DNA of 45,605 nt, the filler included, from Streblomastix strix (Eukaryota), in assembly GCA_008636045.1 (NCBI GenBank). It is 2 parts of 2 records of this genome, joined end to end, with 100 filler letters (N's around TTAATTAATTAA, not from the genome) between each part and the next. Parts side by side here need not be neighbours in the genome. Positions count along the whole stretch, not along the records: positions 22,854 to 45,605 come from SNRW01000310.1; 1 more part is not named here. The stretch is one strand, 5' to 3'. Position 1 is the stretch's first letter, and each line of letters opens with the position of its first letter. The notes under the pieces were generated by a model that searched no databases, was not told the DNA's origin, and saw only the letters and a list, made by a program, of their open reading frames with translations. The position numbers and the translations under genes were made by a program. Below are positions 35,963-45,605 of the stretch, piece after piece.

Positions 35963-37965
35963 TCAATTATACCCCCATGGTTTTGGATTGCTCCTATCAA
36001 AAAAGATATTCAGTATACTTCCTTTTACGAGGTTTACCCTATCCTTGATATTACCATCTTCCCATTTATTTATTAATTAAGCTTCGATTTCTTCATTTTC
36101 TCCTTCATCCTCAATTTGCTCTTAACACGACTTGAATAGAACTGGTTATGGTGGTAATGAAGAATATGGATGTTTATAATCTGGGTTAGTTTCTCTCCCT
36201 TCAAAAATTGCTTTGATGAACCAGTAGATGCATATTAATCTAAAACAAATCTCCTCATCTTTTTATTGTTCATTGCCACCTGCAGTATTAATGACTCTAA
36301 CCAATACTCTTGGGTATCCATTAGTAACCAATTCAACTTAATCTTATACATTACCATATCTATGAATGAAATCAAGACATTCTTTACTCTTATTTCTGAT
36401 CTAATTTGAATATTTATCTTATTCTTTATTTGTGTCATTGATGAATTTGAATTAACTAAGTTTTATGAGAGAATTAAGGAAGTTCGGTGTATTGGTTATT
36501 TATTTGCACACTTCAGTATTAGAGATTAGATTATGAATGAGATAAAGAGAAGAAGAAATGAAAGATTGCTCATATGGATCTGATTATTATAAGATTATTT
36601 TACTATTATGTTGAGATTAGGATACAAACTATACTAAGAATGGTGCAACATGTGGAATAATATTATGATCTTTCACTAACATATTAAAGAATTCTTCATT
36701 ATAATATGGTACTTCAGCAAGTGCTTATAAAACAGCAATATGCAATTATTAAATATGTGCAGATGATACAACAGAGATACATTATAAACATTTTATATAA
36801 GAAGGGCAGTTTATGTGAATCAAAGGAACTATTCTTTCTTTCATCAACTTAATTATATGATCTGGAATCCCTGTTCCACTAAATGGATGTTCCTCTCCAA
36901 TTAATGCAGATATTTTAATTAGTTGTGTTGATTATTTTATTTCTTTTTCTGCTTCTTCATTTCTTTATTAATTCTTAATTATTTTGCTATTATCTACTTT
37001 TAAGTAATTTATTGCATTTAATAAATTTGAAGTATTCCTGTCAATAACTTTTGAACAAATATTATTCATTTCGTTATCAGACAGTATTCTACTCATTATT
37101 TGAATATAAATTTTAATTAATTATTATGTTTCATCTGAATATTTTATTTCCTTATTTTCTTTCTCAATTTATTCTTTAATTTACCTTTTTATCATATCTA
37201 AGAGACATGAACTCTGAAAATCAAAGAAGAAATAATTGTTATATTATTATATTCCTTTTTCTGCAACTAATTCAATAAATCCTAATAATATCTTCTTATA
37301 TGAAGTATTGCAATTCTTTAATCGATCTTCAATAATAATGAATTATTTAATATCAAATATCTTTCTTAATTCATTAATATTTTTATTCTTCATTGATTCA
37401 AATAAAATTAAAGCTTTTGATTCTTTATCTTATTCGGATAATAAATTACTTCCAAATATATTCAATTCATTTTTATCAATTATTTTTATGATTCTTTATT
37501 TCATTTCATCTTTAATTTATCATCCTTTCATAATATTCAAATATATCTTCATCAATTATCCAGTGATTTTGGAGAAAGGAATATTTTCAGTTTCTTTTTC
37601 TTCTTATTCTATTTTCTCCTAAATCAATTATTCAATTTTAATCAATTATTCAATTTTAACTAATAATCCAGATTATTGAAATACATCGAAGAATTGATTA
37701 TTTTCATATTATATTCCTTTTTCTGATAGTAGTTCAATTAAATCAAATAATAACTTCTGTATTGTTGTTGTACTATCATTTATATATTTCAGAATTAATT
37801 TGTTTGCTTAAATGTTAAATATTCTTCTTAATTCATAATTTTCTTTCTTTTTCAATTTATTTATAATTTATCTGATCTTTATTTTTTTCTCATCATTAAT
37901 TTCATTTGATTCAATTATTGATTGAATTTCTTTTATTAATTAATGCAAATGGTCTTATTGATATG
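35963..37965 (-). pseudogene. Paralogue of 30397-31947 with a duplicated N-terminal module; in-frame TGA/frameshift near 37400-37530 and no clear ATG
   Basis: Colinear motifs KYSDETQQLI, IPDHIIKLMKERIVPLIHINCP, DHNIIPH, INTAGGNEQ, EQIEDEGENEEIEAQLINK, NPKPWGYN*. Confidence 0.7.
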
Positions 37966-40525
37966 TAGTAGATATAGTTATAATAAGATTGAAAGAATAT
38001 AAATTAAAGAATATTTATCGTAAATTATATTAAACCATAAATTAAAATATTACCAAAAAAAGTACTAATAAATTTAAATATTTTCTATTTAATATATAAG
38101 ATTAATTATAAAAACATATTAACTGTTATCCATCAATTATATTCATGTTATACAAACCTTGATTTTAAGACATTCCTCAAAATTTATTGTTTTGATTCTC
38201 ACTTAATTAAGAAAAAAGATTTATGAGAAGAAAACAAATGAATTAATTATATATTAATAAAAATATATAATGGAACGCAAGAATAGATAATATTTGAATA
38301 GAAAAAGAATTTAACTAATTTTTTAGAGTTTATATTTGAAAGATAAAATATTTAATTGAAATTTAAATATATTGAATATAAAACAGATAATAATTTATGT
38401 ATGCTTAATAAATTGATATTAATCTTTACAATGTTATATAAAGATCAGATTTTATAAATGAAGTCGAATATATATAAAGAGCAATAAAGCGAAGATTATA
38501 AAAATTTAGATTATGATGATGATGTTTATATCTGAATATGAAAATTAGAAAAATTTTTTAAGAAGAAGAATTTAAAATTTAAAGAACTTCCATAATTGAA
38601 TAATTATTCAATTATCTTATTTATATGAAGATTAATATCTTAAAATTAAGAATGTGTTGTTTATTTATTAAGATTATACTTATTTGTTTATTACTTATTA
38701 TTTTATAGTTATGCAAATGCTGTTGGTGTTTGGTTGTTATTATTTATTTATAATTATTATATTAATTATTAATTAGTTCTTATTCTTTATTCAATGAATT
38801 TGATACATTTATATTATCTTACTATTTTAATTATTTTATTCTTCAATTCTAAATATCATACTTTCATTCTATTAAACAACTTTCCAATCTTATCAAATTT
38901 CCTGAATTTAATAATTTTAAAGTTAAAGGGCAAATTGTACAATTCAATTTAAAATACCTTGTTGTTGAATTCAATCACGTTAGTTTCCTAAAAAAGCTTG
39001 TAAAATGGAAAAATTTAACAATTGAAGACTTTAACATTGATCTTATTGATTTTTGGTTAAAGTTATTTTGATGCAAACATATAACACATAAATAATATTA
39101 TAAAGTATAATATAATAAATAGTTAATAATTATATACCTTATTTCAGCAATTTATTGCTAGATTTGGTTTTATTGAGAAACACAATTGATATTTGTCATC
39201 AAGCTTGGTTGAATTACAGATATACGTATTTCTATCACAATAAAGATTATCTCATTGCAAAGTACTGACTATATTACAGAGAAATGCGCCGCTGGATTTA
39301 AAACTAGTGGCGTTTGTGTAGTGAAATAAAAAAAATTATGAGTATAAATTGAAATATATGAAAATTGTTGTAGTTCATACATTTATATACATATTTCACC
39401 TCTATAGCATTCCATTCATCCAATGAGTGAAACAATTCAATCAAAAATAAGTTCCTTTTTTTCTTACTGTGCATCTATATATCTATTTTATTTGTATAGG
39501 TTTCATAACATTTTATGTTTATTTATTTATTTTCATCCACATTTGTATGTATAAATACCTCTAAAAAACGAGATCCAACTAAAAATGAAATGATATATGG
39601 AGCTCTTTAAATAAAAATATAGTTATTATTTAGTGCATATTATTATGTTGTATTATCATTTTTTATAGTGTTGGACAAAAGCGCTTTTAAGAGCGCTGAA
39701 CGTGCGCTGCGCAAAATTAAAAGCGCTCTAATTACCAGAGTGTTATAAATAACACCCTGGCAATGTACTTATGTTCCGGAGTTCAATTGCTAAACCTCTT
39801 TATTACGAGACTGCCATACTCGGCCATAGGGACTGGATGCTCCCACGAGCTGTCCATCCCTATGGGTCGGCCATCTAAAAACAAAGAAAGCAGGAATGGA
39901 CGCAAATCAGGATCATTTCAAAAATGCATATTATGGGTGTTATTTAATCCGGGATTTATTATATAATCCGGGACGTGAGTTCCATATTAAAGAAAAATGA
40001 CTATTAATAAATGTTAAACTCAACATTTTTTAAGTTACTCCTCCTAATCAGAGAAATGAGATTTTTTTCTAAAAAACTGAAATCAAATCGTTCTATAAGT
40101 TAAATGAAAATTAAATATTCAAAAAACTATAAGAATATTGTAGAAACATATTTGAAAGGTAAATAGATTCAAACTGATGCTTTATAACAAATTACTTGAA
40201 TTTTGATTTACGGATTCGTAGTTTAGATTTCAAGCCAGTTTTGAAATATTTATACAATTTTATACAAATTTATATTTTTATATTGGATTTTCTCTAGAAA
40301 TATCTTTAATATAATATTATTAGCAAAACATTTCGTCGACAATAAATAAAACTATAAATTATCAATATTTTACATGTTTAATATATGATTTTTGCCAAAA
40401 ATTAAAGATAAATTTTTTATAAATTAAATTATGATTATTTAAATTGTATTTATTATTATTTTTTTTACATTTTTTTTAATAAAAAATCAGCAAAATTCTA
40501 TTTTTGAATTTCAGCAATTATCCAA

Positions 40526-43500
40526 ATGGCAGGCAAAGCATATTTTAATATAAATTCTGTTAATAACAGACAAACATCTAGTAACATGTACAATTTAGTA
40601 TTGTAGTTCATTGGATGTATTTAACTATTTACACTAGCATTCTTACGGATAGATATGTCAATATATGAACCTTCTTGAATTTCGAAAGTTTACACATGTT
40701 TTAATTCTTTATATCACTTAATTGTTTATTTTTATTACTAGTAACATATAAATATAATTTAAATAGCAGTTTATTAACCTTGTTGATTTCAGCTCACTTG
40801 CGTATGTTGCTGCGAAGAGTTCATCTAATATTTCAATTGCTTTCTGCCTTATCTTGATCATCGTAATATCTATGGAGCTGATAATCAAGTCGTAGTATCG
40901 CAACATCATCATGTCACAACCTTGGATAATCAGTATGATGTTGACTATTGCATATGTTTATATCCGAGTGCTTTACATTTCGACCTCAAACATGATAATT
41001 TCAACATTCGACTGCTATGTAGTTTACAAAATTGTACCAGATGAATCACAGTTAGATGGAAGCTTTTAATTAAACTTAACCTAATATCAGATAACTATTT
41101 GGGAATGCAATACTGATAGTTTAATGTGTTCTCTCAATAATCTTCATATTAGTAATATTCATACATAACATAGCAGTCTAACTGTTCAAATTCAATCATA
41201 ATCAGAAGAAAGGAGGTCTATTTGGATGTTCATCTGGATGGTTTAGAGGTCTTCATACTATTTTACTTTTTAGTATAGTGTTTTGTATGAGAGAATTAAT
41301 TGATTGGCCTTTCTGCAGAGGAGTAGTTTCTGTAGGAACATCTGGAGTCATTATTATAATTATACTTATGAAACAACCTTTCTATAAATTCTAATCAAAT
41401 TACTTAACTATTATTCCATGGTCTATTTTTGGTTCGATTAAAATATGTGCAGAGATTGGATATGCAATAGAAGAAGTAACACATTCAATTGTACCATAAA
41501 TTATCTTCTTGATTCTTGGATTTATGTTTGGAATTGTACTATTTATATTTTATTTTCAGTATTAAATCAACAAATGAGAAAGAAATGGCTTCTAAAATCT
41601 GAACTTAGACCATTAGTAGATGTATAGAAAAAAATAATTGAAAGAAAACGTTGCATAGAAATTTGGAGCATCTTTTGGTTCAGATTCATTCTCTGGATAA
41701 AATTAAATTAATTTATCTCCTTCTCATTAATTTGGACAATAAGGAAACAAACCAACAAATTAAATCTAAGTTTCGTCTGATTACAATAAATCTGGATTAA
41801 CATAAGTTACATATGGACATGTTGGTGAACCTGACAGTATGTTATTATTATATATTAATCTTTATATTATTAATTTGTATTTTTATGATTAACTAATTTA
41901 ATATCTGTATTAGTTTTATTTTCTTTATTAATATTATTAATATTAATATTATTAATATTAATATTGTTTCTTTTTTATTTAAACTAATTTATTATTCAGA
42001 CAGAAGAAGTCCTCGTCCCTCAAATAGCCCTTTCCTACTTACACCAAGTGTATAACAATAAATTACAATAAATACTTCTCCTACAATTTCTAATTAATAA
42101 ACACCTATGCATTCAGGTTAAACTTCAGCAGTAGATATGGGTTTTGTTTGTAGCAGGAATAAAAGTGATTTTTCAAATGGATAAATTTATGGAATTGATA
42201 AATAACAGGAAATTAGTTCATCTTCACTGAATGATATTTCAGAAAAATGGATTGATTAAGTGAAAAATAAAGAAATTAATATAACACCTCTTGATTCATT
42301 ATAAGGATAAAATAGATCACCTCGTTAAACTGCATAAACCTCACCATAATTAGAATCAGGATTAAACCAATAACCATGAATTCAATCTCTTAATCGTTCA
42401 TAATTAGTTTCGATTAATCCATTATTATTTGTTCATGAAGATATAACATGAAGTTAAAGTTTTCCAAACACAAATAATTTCTAAAAAGCTCGAAATTAAT
42501 AACTAGTAAAAACAATTTAATAAAAATTATAACAATAACAGAATATTAAAGTGATGTCAGAGAATGATTCACATGGACTTCCTAAAATGAAGAATCCAGA
42601 TGAAGTTGAACCCGGATTGAGATTTTTATAGGTTTATATTTATTATTATAATATAAAATTATAGATGAACTAATAATATTTTAAACTTAATTATTTTTTT
42701 ATTAACGGATTTATTAATTTCTAATTTCACATCTAATTATTTTCTTCAGAATCGAACTCTATATACATTTGAGTATCTTACATACACAAATTATGTTTAT
42801 AACCATGCATTAAAGAGATATAAGAAATATCCATTTTTATTATTCAATTATGGCAATTTCCTTTCTTCATATTGCAAAAATTAGACGAAAGTACAATCAG
42901 TATATAAATTAGCAAGAGAATGTCAACCTTCACTTATTCTAAGATTTGTATTATATTGTAAGACAAAAGAAGGAGGAGGAACTGGAAATGGTAGATCCAA
43001 TAAAAATAGATAATCGGGAAAAAGATCTGAATTAGTGTCAACTTCTTTTGAAAATAAATTCGTTCTATCTAAATAAATTCATGGAGCGTACATTATTGCA
43101 ATGAAATCATTAATAGTGAATGTAATTTCACCATCTTTCAACCTTTAAATTATACCATATTAAAAATGGAAGATTTCTCAAAGGAGAAATAAATTAAATT
43201 AATTTTATCAAGAATTATTCTAAATGCAACAATCTAATACAATGGTGCTTCGTAATTATGCTCAGCTATTACTTGATATATGTAGATGAAGAATCTGCTG
43301 AAATAATATTACAGAGAGCGGAGAGAATATAAGTAGATAAAGAAAGTGTTGGTATAAATAAATATTATTATAAATTAATATTATTGATATTTTATTTGAT
43401 GTATTTTATTAATATATATATTTTTCTTACAATTTTTTCTTTTATATATTCATTGCAAATGCAGGAAAAGCGCCATTTAATAATATTGGAATGGAAAATA

Positions 43501-45490
43501 TTGGTCCTGCTGCATAATCCGGAAGTTTATTATATTCAATTAGCAATGATATAAAAAAACAAATTAATATATTAAATATTAATTTCTTTAACCATTTAAT
43601 TTTTATTTATTTTCATCAGTATAATTAGCTACCAATTAAATCAAATCGAGGACAGCAACATTAACAAAAAAAAAATAAAAGCAAGAATAAAAAATTGGTT
43701 TTACAAAACTTAAACCTGTTTTATTATTTGAAATAAAAACTATATTATTTTGCATAATATTTACTTATATTTTAATTATTAATAATTTTTCATGTAAAGG
43801 CGATGATTCAATGGTTGCTGAATCGATTGGAGGAAAAATAGAAAGAAAGATGCGAGAAGAAAGAAATTTTTTATTATCTTATAAATTTATTCAATATTTT
43901 TGTTTATTTTTTAAATGATTATCTAATTTTCTTTTATAATTTTTATATTTCAAATTAGATTCCAGCTCCAACACAAATCAAATGTCTAGTTTCATTGTCT
44001 TCTTCTAATACTTTGATTATTTAATTACATTTATTGCCTTAGTACTAGTAGTTATTGTTTATAAGATGGAAGTATGAAAATTATGAATATGTTAATGAAA
44101 TTAGCATTGAAAAATATTTTTATTACATATTCTTATATAATATTTATTTTCTTAATGATATTATTTATTAATTTTTCTTTTAATTACAGGTTTGTTCATT
44201 TAACATTAGACATGATAATCTATATTCTGTGTGCATCTTAGCCAGAGCACAAATTAAATAAGGTATTTATGTAAAGGAAGCATTGCATTTAGACTTAGGT
44301 ATGAAAATAAACATTAGAAATAATTTTAATTTAGAAATATCTAATCAAAATTTAATTAAGCTTTAATTTCAATTTTATATTTCTATTATTTTAGTACCAA
44401 AAATGTAAGACTATAATTTTGTATCTATTTTATCTGGAGATATTGAAATGGAGATAATTCATGAATTGGAAATGATTAGAGTATGAAAATTTTATTATTT
44501 TATATTTTCATTTCATAATTTAAGAATGAATTTTCACTTCATTATATTATATTGAATTTTTTAATTTACATTTGCATCTTGAATTTATTATAGGACTCAT
44601 TGTTAAGCTATTCAATATATATAATTGATGTAGTTGAGAATATATATTATATTACTGATGATATGGGACCAAGGGAAGTATGAATAATATTATTAATTAA
44701 ATTAAAAAAATATAAATTTTTTTATTATTATTTTTTTTTATGAATTAATATTTTAAATATTACATATTTCTTATATATAACTAATATTGACCAATGACAT
44801 CCATACATACATTTTTGGTATTGATGCTAAACTTGGATCTGGGACTCCATCTGGGAAATAAGACTAATCTCTGAAGTTGTATCATAAGATCTTGAAATTA
44901 CAAATTTGATTAGATCTCTTAAATTAGTAGCATAATTATCAGAGTCGATGGTTTTGATTAAAATGGATCCAATTACATTAGAATTCCCTCCCTATAACTA
45001 GAAAATAATAATGAAACCAAAAAAAACAAATATATTCTACCCAGCAATTAATTTTATATTTTTCAAAACTTTTTCTCCAATATTAGAATCTTACAAAAAA
45101 GCGATGCTGTCATTTTATGATTCAACCAACAAGCAGACAACAATGATTATTGTTGTATATTTACTAATTGTAGCATTGTTAACAATCGCTACAATTGCTC
45201 TATCTGCATTTGCATTCTTCTATTATATTATCTTCGTAAAGAAGGAAAGAAAATAAATTTATTACCTACTTCTTTTTATACTTTAGAACAAAAAGAAAGA
45301 AGCAAAAAGAAGAGTTGTTCAATTAGAAGAAGGAGAAGGGATAGATGAAACTGAAAAATTGAAATTATATTAGAAGAAAGAACAATTGAAAATTAATTTG
45401 AAGATAAAGATAATAAAGATTCAAATAAGAAAAAAGAATATGATATTGAAGGTGGAGTTGGTTCTGATGATAAAAGATATAAAAATGAAT
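40526..45490 (+). pseudogene. Multi-exon TmcB-like multipass membrane protein (N-terminal TM bundle, TPR-like region, further TM/extracellular segments), several frameshifts/stops, 3'-incomplete
   Basis: FNHNQKKGGLFGCSSG...KQPFYKFQSNYL TM bundle; VEPGLRFL; FLLFNYGNFL; VLRNYAQLLLDI..DEESAEIILQRAE (TmcB/TmcC-type TPR-like segment); late TM IIVVYLLIVALLTIATIALSAFAFFYYII; many GT-AG introns. Disruptions could partly be assembly errors. Confidence 0.6.
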
Positions 45491-45508
45491 AAAGAGAAGA
45501 TTAAGATT

Positions 45509-45511
<3 letters not shown>

Positions 45512-45605
<94 letters not shown>
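45512..45605. repeat. (AT)n microsatellite at contig end
   Basis: Pure AT dinucleotide run to the end of the window; a short TATATATA also opens the window. Confidence 0.95.

Noticed and set aside
38100..39280. Possible degraded coding sequence
   Set aside because: Multiple TGAs in the frames tried and no recognisable motif.
39790..39800. CTAAACCTCT as a telomerase RNA template
   Set aside because: Imperfect match to a 1.5-repeat template and the host telomere repeat is not visible here.
39763..39966. 67-aa ORF in the GC-rich island
   Set aside because: No recognisable motif; it overlaps strong hairpins and is expected by chance in GC-richer sequence.

Overview
Very AT-rich, intron-containing eukaryotic DNA that only reads sensibly with TAA/TAG = Gln and TGA as the sole stop, so the supplied standard-code ORF track is largely uninformative. 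Code, intron style and gene families suggest an oxymonad (Streblomastix-like) genome; this is inference. The window is two unrelated contigs (1-22753 and 22854-45605) joined by an artificial N44-TTAATTAATTAA-N44 spacer. Contig 1 carries a decaying endogenous Polinton/Maverick-like dsDNA virus (~1-9870) with an A32/FtsK-type packaging ATPase, a phage-tail-fibre-like protein with HxH repeats, a 68-aa amphipathic peptide resembling adenovirus protein VI, a probable major capsid protein and a Prim-Pol. It abuts a truncated DIRS-like retroelement (~9870-13270), followed by a greatly expanded (>2,800 aa) DDB1/SF3B3/CPSF1-family gene. Contig 2 is a tandem-duplicated host cluster of TmcB-like multipass membrane proteins (one ending in a split, partly degenerate hemerythrin-like domain) interleaved with three members of an uncharacterised helical protein family, plus two small GC-rich hairpin islands. 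All calls come from manual translation and motif recognition; no searches were run.
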